Virus record (IMG/VR): IMGVR_UViG_3300044641_006158 | Coordinates: 1 to 53,887 of that record | Reading direction: 5' to 3' (one strand) | Origin: a virus | Taxonomy: Duplodnaviria; Caudoviricetes | Length of the DNA stretch: 53,887 nt | Part shown: positions 41,102 to 49,971 of the stretch, one piece after another | How the letters are laid out: each line of letters starts with the position of its first letter | Numbering within the stretch: the stretch's first letter is position 1 | The notes under the pieces: generated by a model | Seen by the model: only the letters and a program-made list of their open reading frames with translations | Told to the model about the DNA's origin: nothing | Database searches by the model: none | Position numbers and translations under genes: made by a program

Positions 41102-43410
41102 ACGAAGAAAAAAAAGCTGCCCTTGGAAATATTTTTCGAGGGCTTTTTGTATCTGAAAGACCGGGTGATATAACACCAACTGTTTCACTTCGTGATGTGA
41201 GTACTTTATTTTCTAGAACAAAATCTGAGAAATATGAAGAGAAAGAAACGAGAGTAAAAAGAAATACGAATACAAAAAATTATGAAGAAGTGTCGGGCGC
41301 AACTAAAGAGAGAGTGCAAAGAAGATATACCGAACTAAAGAATAAAAGATCATTAGAGAAAATTGCTAATGATATTTTAAAGACGGTAATAGAAATTCAA
41401 ACATTTGAATTTAACAATACTGAATATAAAAAAGCACTAAACGAATATAGATCAATAGCTGAGGCAAGAAGACACAAAGAAATAATGAAAGTCTTCGAAG
41501 GCGCTATTGGCAAAGAGTCTATGCCTAAAATAGTTGATGTAAAAAAAGAAAAAGATAAAAGCGGATTACCACTTCTACTTGGCGGCGCAGCAGTTGGTGC
41601 GATTGCACTAATGGCACCAACAAGAGTATTTTCAAAAGAAATAGAAAATGCGTTTGATGAAAATACATTAAAGAGTGGATTAGAAGAAATCAATAAAATT
41701 GCCGATGATGCCGAATTAAATAACTTAGATGCAGAGTTCTCTGATTTAGAAGTTGATTTTGATATACCAGATATTCTTAATGTTAGAGATACAGAGACAA
41801 CAGAAATACAAACGCAGATAGAACAATTACAGCAAACAATAAATGAACAGATGGTAGAGGGTGCTGGTCCAGAAATGCCAGAAATTCGTACCGAAACTGC
41901 TGCTGCAACACCAAGTCAAGAACCAACTATTCAAACAGGACAAGATAGCGTTAGCACCACTTTCACAAGTCGACCATTAGTCGCCCAAACAGGACAAGAT
42001 AGCGTTAGTACAACGTATATAAGTCAGGCACCATCTGTTCGAATAGAAGAGCCCGTTGCTGGTAGACCTATACCATTTGTTTCTGCTCCAGCACCAACAC
42101 CAGTTGCTGTTGCACCGCCATATGATGAGTCTGGAATAGTTGGCGGAAGACAAACACCAGTAGAACCTCCGACTGCAGTAGAACTCGGTAGACCTATACC
42201 ATTTGTTTCTGTTCCAGCACCAACACCAGCACCAGTTGCTGTTGCACGACCATATGATGAGTCAGGAATAGTTGGCGGAAGACAAACACCAGTAGAACCA
42301 CCACCTTATGATGAAACCGAAAGACTGAGAAGAAGACCACAAAGACCGCCAACACCAGTGTTAGCACCTTCTGCACCACCACCTAGAATTGTACCCAGTG
42401 GTGCACCTCAAACAGTTACAAGAGTTACAAAACCTGTTGAAAGTATAGATGAAATTAAACAATTGATAGCAAAAACAGAAGGCGGTGCTTTGTCATATAA
42501 CGCTATGAACGTACCAGTAATTAGAAACAGAAACTCTTATGATGAAGCAACGAGAAAAAAGATATACAACATATTGTATAAAGATGCTGAAATTAAATCT
42601 GGAAACATAGATGTAACGACCGGTAAAAAATTCGAAAAAGATTTAAATGATATGACCATGCAGGAAGTAATAAGTTTAGCTGAAAGAAGAAAAAAATATT
42701 ATTCCGATTTTAAATATGATGGTAAAAAAGTCGATTTAGCAGTAAGCGGAGCATCAGGTAGATACGGCTTCACGCCAGAAACTATTGAAGATTATGCATC
42801 TAAATTGTTTGGTCGCAACTGGAAAAATGAACTTTATGATGAAAAAAATCAAGAAGAATTACAAACACTTCTTTTGAAAAGTAATATATTAAAGATTGAA
42901 GAGCAGAAAATTCCTATTTCAACAGCGTTCTTATACATGAAACATTTCTTTGGTTCAAATTCATCTAAACCGTTGCAAATTATAAATGCAGATGACGATA
43001 AAAAAATGTATGTTGAAAGAAATCCAAAATTATCGATAATGTCTGAAACTCAGGCGAAATATAATCCAGTTCAAGCCGCGATGACAGTTAAACAATATAA
43101 AGATGATCTAATCAAAAAAGGTTTCACATTTGATCCAATTGATACAAAAAAATTAATATCCGATGAAGAGAGAAAAAAACTACAACAAACTGGTAGAAAT
43201 GTACCGAAAAGTGTGAATGAAGCAGTATCTGATATACGATCTAAAGTGACTTCTCTCTCAACTGAAAATATTGATTCGAGAAGACAATCATCTAATCGTT
43301 CAAATATTATCATCGTTCAAAATAACAATACAACAGTTCTAAATCAGAGAAGAGTTATGGCTGCAATTCAACCGCAGCAAAATATTAATCCAGGATTAGG
43401 AATAACATAA
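41098..43410 (+). CDS. Tape-measure/hub-like virion protein with Pro-rich repeats and a lysozyme-like domain
   Basis: Follows gp26/51; hydrophobic segment; duplicated Pro-rich unit; IAKTEGG..YNAMN...LNDMTMQEV...ASGRYGFTPETI...DEKNQE resembles a lambda-lysozyme-type muramidase. Confidence 0.6.
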   Translation: MNEEKKAALGNIFRGLFVSERPGDITPTVSLRDVSTLFSRTKSEKYEEKETRVKRNTNTKNYEEVSGATKERVQRRYTELKNKRSLEKIANDILKTVIEIQTFEFNNTEYKKALNEYRSIAEARRHKEIMKVFEGAIGKESMPKIVDVKKEKDKSGLPLLLGGAAVGAIALMAPTRVFSKEIENAFDENTLKSGLEEINKIADDAELNNLDAEFSDLEVDFDIPDILNVRDTETTEIQTQIEQLQQTINEQMVEGAGPEMPEIRTETAAATPSQEPTIQTGQDSVSTTFTSRPLVAQTGQDSVSTTYISQAPSVRIEEPVAGRPIPFVSAPAPTPVAVAPPYDESGIVGGRQTPVEPPTAVELGRPIPFVSVPAPTPAPVAVARPYDESGIVGGRQTPVEPPPYDETERLRRRPQRPPTPVLAPSAPPPRIVPSGAPQTVTRVTKPVESIDEIKQLIAKTEGGALSYNAMNVPVIRNRNSYDEATRKKIYNILYKDAEIKSGNIDVTTGKKFEKDLNDMTMQEVISLAERRKKYYSDFKYDGKKVDLAVSGASGRYGFTPETIEDYASKLFGRNWKNELYDEKNQEELQTLLLKSNILKIEEQKIPISTAFLYMKHFFGSNSSKPLQIINADDDKKMYVERNPKLSIMSETQAKYNPVQAAMTVKQYKDDLIKKGFTFDPIDTKKLISDEERKKLQQTGRNVPKSVNEAVSDIRSKVTSLSTENIDSRRQSSNRSNIIIVQNNNTTVLNQRRVMAAIQPQQNINPGLGIT

Positions 43411-43411
43411 G

Positions 43412-45205
43412 ATGGCAGCACTATCGAAAATATCAGAAATTATTTCTGAATTGAAAAAACAAAATAAAAATGAGCCAGATGTTAAATTGACGAGACTGGA
43501 AATAATTTTTATGGATATTCTTCAAGTTCTTAAAACGAATATTGAAGAAATGAAAATGCGTTTTGCGATTGAAAGAACCTTCCAAGAAGAAAAAGATTAT
43601 GAAGATGAGAGAAGACATCGTGAATTTATCGAAGTACTAAAACAATTTGTCTCACTCGAAAAGCCACCTACTGTCATAGAAGAAGAGAAAAAAGAAGAAG
43701 GTGGATTTCTTGATTCACTTAAGAAATTTTTGGTTGGTTTAGTTGAAAAAATAAGTAACTTGATGAAAAGCATTTTAGGTGCAGTAGGTAAATTAGCTAA
43801 ACTACTTAAAAATTTTGGTAAAATTTTACTGAAAGTTGGAAAATTTCTAGGCGGCGGCTTAATGAAATTATTCCGTCTAATTAAAAGCCCAGCTGTGGTT
43901 GGATTTTTACGTATGTTAGTTACAAATCCTTGGGTTGTTGGTGCTCTACTTGCAAGTGCCGGGCTTTATGCACTTTACAAAGTCTTAGATAAGGATAGAA
44001 CACGCATTACAGGTGATGAAGCAGCAAATGTTCTAGAATCTGGAACAATTCAAGATGTTCGTCTTTTTGCAAAAAGATTAAACGAACCTGAAAAAATGTT
44101 CAATGAAGAAGAATTGAAAGCGTTCAAAGAAGAAAAAGATCCAGAAAAGAAATTGTTAATGTATGTTAACAAATACCGAGAAAAAAGAAAACAAGAATTA
44201 GAAGACAAAAAACAACAAGAAAATGAAATTCTTAAGTCATTTAATGTGACTAGAGTTGAAGATTTGCCGAGCGAAACTCGAACAAAATTGAAAGACATGC
44301 TTCTTTCAGAAGATGAGAGAAAAGAATCAGATCGTTTATCTAAACCGATTCAATTGCTCAAAGATAGAGTTGATACTGAAAGATTTGAAGTGATGCCAAC
44401 TAGAACCGGCACTGGTAGAATTAGTTTAGGCGATTTGAAACAAAGTTTAAGTAATGACATCACTAAATTAACAGAAAAAGAAAATGAAATCAAAGAAAAA
44501 TTGAGAACAAAGCCGGGTGATAAAGCACTTCAAGAACAGTTGAATGATATCAAATTACAAAAAGAAGATAAAACAGAGAGACTCAAAAAAGTTCAAGATG
44601 AGGAAAACAGAAGAAATCAAAGAGAAACTCAACTCGGATCAGAAATAAAACAATTAGAAAATCAACAAAGCGATTTGCAAAGAAAACGTGGATTAGTTCC
44701 TGGAATTGCAGGTAGAAGAACACCCGAACAAATGAGACAAATCGAAGATTATGATAAGCAGATAGAAGACACTAAAACACAAATAGGACAGAAAGAAAGA
44801 GAACGTGCTTTAATTCACACTGGTTCACCCGGAGCTACAGCATCACCTGTAATGTCGCCAACACCTGCAGCTACTCCAACAGTATCACCTATGCCGCCGG
44901 CACCAACACCTTCGTTACCAACGCCTACAGAATCTTCAACTGGCGATGTTTCGCCCGTACCAACAACAGTGTCTTCTATAACACCAGATAATGAAATCAC
45001 TGCAATGCTTAGAAATGCAATATACATGAACAATGATTTGAATTTGAAAAATACTCTTTCCGGTGGCGATGTTGTAAGTTCAGTAAATAATAATGGAAAT
45101 TCAACAGTTATGCCAGATATACCTATGTCTGTTGAAGCATCACAAAGAGATGATACGCCAGTATTCGCACACGTAATGAAACGATATAAACAAATATACG
45201 TATAA
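43412..45205 (+). CDS. Second tape-measure-like protein (paralogue of the upstream gene)
   Basis: ERRHREF motif; amphipathic/TM stretch; long coiled coil; Pro/Thr linker; Asn-rich C-terminus. Confidence 0.55.
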   Translation: MAALSKISEIISELKKQNKNEPDVKLTRLEIIFMDILQVLKTNIEEMKMRFAIERTFQEEKDYEDERRHREFIEVLKQFVSLEKPPTVIEEEKKEEGGFLDSLKKFLVGLVEKISNLMKSILGAVGKLAKLLKNFGKILLKVGKFLGGGLMKLFRLIKSPAVVGFLRMLVTNPWVVGALLASAGLYALYKVLDKDRTRITGDEAANVLESGTIQDVRLFAKRLNEPEKMFNEEELKAFKEEKDPEKKLLMYVNKYREKRKQELEDKKQQENEILKSFNVTRVEDLPSETRTKLKDMLLSEDERKESDRLSKPIQLLKDRVDTERFEVMPTRTGTGRISLGDLKQSLSNDITKLTEKENEIKEKLRTKPGDKALQEQLNDIKLQKEDKTERLKKVQDEENRRNQRETQLGSEIKQLENQQSDLQRKRGLVPGIAGRRTPEQMRQIEDYDKQIEDTKTQIGQKERERALIHTGSPGATASPVMSPTPAATPTVSPMPPAPTPSLPTPTESSTGDVSPVPTTVSSITPDNEITAMLRNAIYMNNDLNLKNTLSGGDVVSSVNNNGNSTVMPDIPMSVEASQRDDTPVFAHVMKRYKQIYV

Positions 45206-45233
45206 AAAAAGGACCTTTCGGTCCTTTTTCTTT
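45204..45233. terminator. Bidirectional intrinsic terminator
   Basis: aaaaaggacc-tttc-ggtccttttt hairpin flanked by A and T tracts between convergent genes. Confidence 0.88.
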
Positions 45234-45235
45234 AT

Positions 45236-46144
45236 TTACTCATCAGCCAATTTACTGAAGTAAGCGAGATCATCTTCATCAGCGTCATCGGCTACTGCCG
45301 CAACAGCAGACTTTGATGCTTCCTTCTTCTTCAGAACTGGATCAGCCTTCATTTGCTCGACAGTAGTGCGAGCGCGAGGCTCAGAACCATCAAGACCAAG
45401 AACACGATTCATCTTGGTTTCAAGTTCTTCATAAGTCTTGAAGTTGCTACGATCCATGAACTGAGCAAGAGAATGCTCCTTCTTCCAGATAGATTCAAGA
45501 GTATCATCATCAAAGCCACCAAGAGTGCCAGCCTTATCGAACTCTGAACGATCATAGTTGCGATAGCCCTCGACGTTACGAATCTTCAACTTGAAGTTTG
45601 CACCAGACCAAAGATCGAATGGGTTCACTGGCGTTTCATCCGCGAATTGCGGGTTCATTGCTTCCTTGATCTTCTCGAAAATCTTCTTACCGAACTTAAA
45701 CAGAAACACCTTACCTTCGTTCTGAGGATTCTTAGAATCCTCAACAACGTAGATATTCGCAATGTACGTCAGGCGACGCTTTTGCTTACGTGCAATGTCC
45801 TTGTTTGCTTCGATGCCAGAATTCCAGAGCTTCGAGTTATACTCAGAGACTGGATCCTTTTCACCAAGAGTAGTGAGAGAGTTTTCGATGTACCAACCGC
45901 CAGAACCTTGAAAGCCATGATCCCAGAGTTTAACCCAAGGAAGACCAGAAGAATCACCTTCTGCATCAACTGCGGGAGACGGGAGGAAGCGAATTACTGC
46001 ATATCCGTTGCCAGACTTATCAACTTCAGGCTTCCAGAAGTTGTCTTCTTTTGAAGAAGAAGAATTGTCTGAGAGAGTTTCGATAGCCTTTGCAAGCTTT
46101 TCGAGATTACCGGATTGCTTTTTGAGAGATGCGAAATTAGACAT
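45236..46144 (-). CDS. gp32: Single-stranded DNA-binding protein gp32
   Basis: FWKPEVDKSGNGYAVIRFLP; HGFQGSGGWYIENSLTT; FKFGKKIF; GANFKLKIR..YRNYDRSEF; acidic tail. Confidence 0.96.
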   Translation of the reverse strand: MSNFASLKKQSGNLEKLAKAIETLSDNSSSSKEDNFWKPEVDKSGNGYAVIRFLPSPAVDAEGDSSGLPWVKLWDHGFQGSGGWYIENSLTTLGEKDPVSEYNSKLWNSGIEANKDIARKQKRRLTYIANIYVVEDSKNPQNEGKVFLFKFGKKIFEKIKEAMNPQFADETPVNPFDLWSGANFKLKIRNVEGYRNYDRSEFDKAGTLGGFDDDTLESIWKKEHSLAQFMDRSNFKTYEELETKMNRVLGLDGSEPRARTTVEQMKADPVLKKKEASKSAVAAVADDADEDDLAYFSKLADE

Positions 46145-46212
46145 ATATTACCTTTCTTGTGCGTTGTATAGCGTTTTGTACGAATTTATCACAGAAAACA
46201 TATCGAACGATA

Positions 46213-46220
46213 TATTTAGT
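46213..46220 (-). promoter_or_regulatory. Late promoter variant (ACTAAATA) upstream of gp32
   Basis: Lies at the start of the 82-nt gp32 intergenic leader. Confidence 0.5.
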
Positions 46221-46226
46221 GATATT

Positions 46227-46724
46227 TTATACGTAAAGTGAGAGAATTGCAATAGTGGAAACGGCATTCTTGTGTAGAACACCAATACCACCTGCTTTAT
46301 CCCAATCATTGATTACAGAGAGTGTGTCATCAATGATAATGGAATTCGGTGTAGCAAACTTTGCCTTATGTCGTTTACCTGGAACAAAGTTCTGCTTAAA
46401 GTCAATATTGTGTTTCTTCAGCCACTCACTTTTTTGTTCTGAGATAGCATCATGATGTTCTTCTCTTGCAGTAGAAGAGAGAATCTCTTTAGGAATATGT
46501 TTTAGCGTATTCAGATAAGTAAGAAGCAGAGATGCGTCAGACATGGGATCTAGATCCGCAAAGCCACGCTTTTCAATCAATTCTTTGAAATTCTCACTGA
46601 AATTCTTCCTCGAATCACCACTGTCAGGTGCAGATCCAAACATTTCAATGTATTTCTTGTTGAAGTTTGCAATCACACCATCCATGTCAACGTAGATTTT
46701 TTCTATACCGATTGAGTTTGACAT
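46227..46724 (-). CDS. HAD-family 5'(3')-deoxyribonucleotidase-like protein
   Basis: IYVDMDGVIANF; ILSS; K..W; IIIDD...W...GG.G. Confidence 0.85.
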   Translation of the reverse strand: MSNSIGIEKIYVDMDGVIANFNKKYIEMFGSAPDSGDSRKNFSENFKELIEKRGFADLDPMSDASLLLTYLNTLKHIPKEILSSTAREEHHDAISEQKSEWLKKHNIDFKQNFVPGKRHKAKFATPNSIIIDDTLSVINDWDKAGGIGVLHKNAVSTIAILSLYV

Positions 46725-47317
46725 ACGTTTTCTTTCAAAATAGTTTTAAATTTCAATTGATCATAGTTCAGAAATGGCGAATACTTTTCACATTTCCTCA
46801 CAAATTGCGGGAAGATTATATCATCATTTATTTTCTTCAACCACATCGGCATGAAGTTCATAAAACTATTCATGATGATGATCGTTTCAATTTCAATCTT
46901 CTCTTGTAGATGATAAGTGTACAACAAAGGGTAGTCACCGTCAACCACGCGAAGAAGTTCTTCTGGATTCTCCACGGTATCGAATAGGAAGTTCAAATTC
47001 TCTTTGAATGTATATGCAAGAGATTGTTGCTTCTTCAGCCACTTTTTATATCTTTCATCAGCTTCTTCAGTGAGTAGATCAAAGATCCAAATCTTTGGAT
47101 CATGCAAGAAATTAGAGATATAAAACTCTAGTAGTTCTTCTTTCTTGTACTTCCGCGAAAGCCTATAGAAACTATACTTATCTTTTCTCCGTGAGAATTG
47201 TTCCTTAGATACTTTGGTTTTGCCATGATATTTGATGAAGTCATAAGTGCCACCGAAATGAAACTTTAACCCTTGATACATTGCAAATGCGTCAAAACCA
47301 CCAAGTTCAGTGTTCAT
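46703..47317 (-). CDS. gp59: Helicase loader gp59
   Basis: MYQGLKFHF..YDFIKYHGK...FSRRKDKYSFYRL; IETIII; KYSPFL. Confidence 0.9.
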   Translation of the reverse strand: MNTELGGFDAFAMYQGLKFHFGGTYDFIKYHGKTKVSKEQFSRRKDKYSFYRLSRKYKKEELLEFYISNFLHDPKIWIFDLLTEEADERYKKWLKKQQSLAYTFKENLNFLFDTVENPEELLRVVDGDYPLLYTYHLQEKIEIETIIIMNSFMNFMPMWLKKINDDIIFPQFVRKCEKYSPFLNYDQLKFKTILKENVCQTQSV

Positions 47318-47318
47318 C

Positions 47319-47540
47319 TTAGATTGGAAGTTTGTTGACCTTCTTAATTAGGTTTGCACTTTGAGCTTCTTCTGAAATCTTTGCTTTAACTGGCGCTGAA
47401 AGCAAAGACGCTGCAAGTTCCATTTCAAAACCAGTTTCTTCACAATGCCAAACAATTGCATCGATATAAGACAACTTCTTTGACGCGACAATATTCTCAA
47501 TTAGACTTGAGAAATTCTTGATTTCATCTTTCGTCGGCAT
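47319..47540 (-). CDS. gp33: Late transcription coactivator gp33 (start revised to MPTKDE)
   Basis: FSSLIE.IV...SYIDAIVWHCEE..E.E....L...KAKISEEA...NL; TAATG overlap at 47538-47542. Confidence 0.88.
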   Translation of the reverse strand: MPTKDEIKNFSSLIENIVASKKLSYIDAIVWHCEETGFEMELAASLLSAPVKAKISEEAQSANLIKKVNKLPI

Positions 47541-47770
47541 TACTTCATACCCCTCAGAGCGTAGGTAATGCAAGTCGCAGAAGAATACTGATCATAAGTA
47601 CACTTCACAGAGATTGGATCAACACCCTTTGCAAGTGCAGATTCAATGTTTTTCGACATATTGTTTTGCTGATTTAGATTATATGCACTCACTGATGCAA
47701 CAAGTGCAATAAGAAAAATCGTAATACAAACGATAAAAGTAATCATTTCCTTGTTGATTTTAGATTCCAT
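47540..47770 (-). CDS. Small membrane-anchored hypothetical protein
   Basis: N-terminal TM helix; GVDPISVKC...C. Confidence 0.7.
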   Translation of the reverse strand: MESKINKEMITFIVCITIFLIALVASVSAYNLNQQNNMSKNIESALAKGVDPISVKCTYDQYSSATCITYALRGMK

Positions 47771-47772
47771 GT

Positions 47773-48324
47773 TTACTTCCTTTCAAAATTTGAAACATCA
47801 CTATGACTTCTGTAAAAGATATGACGACCAATCTTGCTCACTCTCTGAAGAGCCCAACCGGGATTTACATAATCAGCATGATAAAACGTAGATCCTTTCG
47901 TCACATCATGCTTGACACTGTAGTTCAAGAAGACTTCTGTCGCCAACTCTAAGATTTGATTGTACTCTTCTGTCTTACGAATTGTCAAGCGTTGTTTTAG
48001 GTGTTTTTCCATACAATACCACGAGAACTGGCACACGCCGTTCACTTTCTGATGAACGACACCGCAGATTGTATTCGCATAGTTCTTAGATAAGAGTCTA
48101 TTCATCGTAACGTGTGCTACTGCTTTTTGCCCTTTCACTGGTTCGTTAACGGATTCGAAATAGATGTTATCCGCTAGACAAGTCACTTGCCTCTTCGATT
48201 CTGGTGATAAGAAAGAATAAGACGCTTTGAGTGGAATTTTTTTATCGATTGAATTATAGCCAATTGTTCCAAGGAACATTAAAGAACTTACACATAATGT
48301 AATGAGTATAGGTTTACTTTTCAT
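47773..48324 (-). CDS. SleB-like cell wall hydrolase (Hydrolase_2)
   Basis: CLADNIYFES...AVAHVTMNR...TICGVVHQ..CQFSWYC...GSTFYHADYVNPGW...IGRHIFY; N-terminal hydrophobic anchor. Confidence 0.9.
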   Translation of the reverse strand: MKSKPILITLCVSSLMFLGTIGYNSIDKKIPLKASYSFLSPESKRQVTCLADNIYFESVNEPVKGQKAVAHVTMNRLLSKNYANTICGVVHQKVNGVCQFSWYCMEKHLKQRLTIRKTEEYNQILELATEVFLNYSVKHDVTKGSTFYHADYVNPGWALQRVSKIGRHIFYRSHSDVSNFERK

Positions 48325-48337
48325 AAATTTTTACTCC

Positions 48338-48379
48338 AAAAGAAAATGCCGATTGTTTCTGTTTCCAAGTACAATCGGC
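48338..48379 (-). terminator. Hairpin/terminator closing the tmRNA coding piece
   Basis: GCCGATTGT...ACAATCGGC 9-bp stem followed by ATTTTCTTTT on the minus strand. Confidence 0.65.
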
Positions 48380-48664
48380 GAAAACTCATGCCGCAGGTTT
48401 AGGCTGCAGCTAGGAAACGCTCTTCGTTTGCGTTTATTGGCTTGCTTCTTCGACTGGGTTGCCCCAATCCTAACGGGTTTCACATTCCCGTGCTGTCCAT
48501 TTCGTTACTCTTTGCCCCGTCGAAACCTGGTCAGGCCCATCATAAAAACACAATACCAAAGTAAATTTACACGGAATACCAAAGTAAATTTATGCTCTTA
48601 TGGTGGACCTGGGCGGAATCGAACCGCCGTCCGGAACACTTTTCTCTCTACTTCATACAGCAAT
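48345..48664 (-). ncRNA. ssrA: Circularly permuted (two-piece) tmRNA gene
   Basis: Acceptor piece ~48664-48601 ends GGACGGCGGTTCGATTCCGCCCAGGTCCACCA; 62-nt spacer; coding piece starts GGGCCTGACCAGGTTTCGACGGGG at 48538; acceptor stem GGGCCTG/CAGGTCC has G3-U; tag frame 48431-48399 reads ANEERFLAAA*. Confidence 0.92.
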
Positions 48665-48669
48665 ATTTT

Positions 48670-49362
48670 TTATGTTAAACTTCCGGCTACCCTACCTGCT
48701 ACGGAAGCTACACGCTCCGCACCTGATTTAACCGCACCTTTTACTTTATTTTTAATGTTAGAAACACCCGTATCAATTTTTCTCTTTAATTCTGTACGTT
48801 TTTGTAATCCTTGAATATGTTTCGATTGTGCAGCTTTTGAAGCGGTATATGCAGATGATGCTTTATCGAAAGCAACATTTCTGCGTTTTTCCAATGATGC
48901 AGCTTTAGCTCTTTTAAAAGTTCCAGATAATCCTGTTGCGTTCTTTGCGTCTTTTTTTGCGGATCTCATTTTATTATACAATTTTTCATGTGCTTTTAGT
49001 GTTGATGCAGCAGCACCGGCAGCACGTTTTGCACGGTATTTGTTAATTAAGTTTCTAATACCATGAACTGCACCGGATACAGCACCGCCTAATGATTCAT
49101 CTAGTGCCAAATCAATAAATTCTTCATATAATTCTAGATTTGGATCTTCAGCACCCGTTAATGAGAGAATTGCGGATTCTTTTAAAGAAAGAAAAATATA
49201 GTTTTCAACAAAATGTTCCATCATAAGAGAAGCTAAATAGGCTTCTTCTTCTGAAATTTCATAATTTTCATCCACTTCATTATATAGCTCTTGAGCCATA
49301 ATTTCGATGAATTCAAAAAATAGACCCTCTCTTTGATTTTTTTGTTCTTCTGTTAGATACAT
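48670..49362 (-). CDS. Hypothetical protein with an acidic N-half and a basic Ala/Lys-rich C-half (possible internal head protein)
   Basis: AAGGAG RBS; AATAAATA motif at 49378-49385; sharp charge switch at LDES. Confidence 0.7.
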   Translation of the reverse strand: MYLTEEQKNQREGLFFEFIEIMAQELYNEVDENYEISEEEAYLASLMMEHFVENYIFLSLKESAILSLTGAEDPNLELYEEFIDLALDESLGGAVSGAVHGIRNLINKYRAKRAAGAAASTLKAHEKLYNKMRSAKKDAKNATGLSGTFKRAKAASLEKRRNVAFDKASSAYTASKAAQSKHIQGLQKRTELKRKIDTGVSNIKNKVKGAVKSGAERVASVAGRVAGSLT

Positions 49363-49376
49363 TTTGTTTCTCCTTT

Positions 49377-49691
49377 TTATTTATTTGAATTGTGAGAAAA
49401 ACTACCTGACCCGGATGCAATTATACATGCAAGATTGCTCTTTGTCAAGAACAGTCCGATCGTGTATTCCTCATTGTCCTTATTGTGTGTCATGAAAGAG
49501 AGTACGCCTTCTTTCGCATGGAGTGTGTCAATGCCGGCGAATACAATCTTCTCTTTTAGCTCTTTTGTTAAGAGATTCAACACAACATCTCTCTCAAAAC
49601 AATTCACAGTGAATGTGACTTTGGTTTCTTTACTTTGTGCAGAAACTAAAGTAGAAAATGCAATTAGTACTGCACAGAGTATAGTTTTCAT
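49377..49691 (-). CDS. Secreted/periplasmic hypothetical protein (start MKTILC)
   Basis: Signal peptide MKTILCAVLIAFSTLVSA; two further Cys in the mature part. Confidence 0.7.
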   Translation of the reverse strand: MKTILCAVLIAFSTLVSAQSKETKVTFTVNCFERDVVLNLLTKELKEKIVFAGIDTLHAKEGVLSFMTHNKDNEEYTIGLFLTKSNLACIIASGSGSFSHNSNK

Positions 49692-49692
49692 T

Positions 49693-49971
49693 TTATGTTC
49701 CCGTAGAAAATACATTTACGAATATTGTGTTATCTTCCAATGCTTCTACCTCATGCCATTCATTATCCACAAGATTCAATGGAACTGAGTTTTTGTTGAT
49801 GATCTTTTCACCCTTTTCTTTACGTACAACACAGCTTCCAGAATGACACATCGTCAGATGATTAAAATTGTGTTCATGTCTCGGTAAACCTTCACCCGCA
49901 TTTGCATGGTAAATATTTAATGTAGTGCCAGAAAATTCTACTGAATTTTTCGGCGTTATGAGTTTTACCAT
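49693..49971 (-). CDS. Cupin-domain protein
   Basis: GEGLPRHEHNFNHLTMCHSGS...WHEVEALEDNTIFVN. Confidence 0.85.
   Translation of the reverse strand: MVKLITPKNSVEFSGTTLNIYHANAGEGLPRHEHNFNHLTMCHSGSCVVRKEKGEKIINKNSVPLNLVDNEWHEVEALEDNTIFVNVFSTGT

Noticed and set aside
48601-48635. Possible tRNA gene or integration (att) remnant
   Set aside because: There is no D-arm or anticodon arm upstream; it pairs with the downstream GGGCCTG piece and a tag frame, which identifies it as tmRNA
48302-48814. 170-aa plus-strand ORF
   Set aside because: Antisense to the tmRNA and flanking genes; no recognisable protein features
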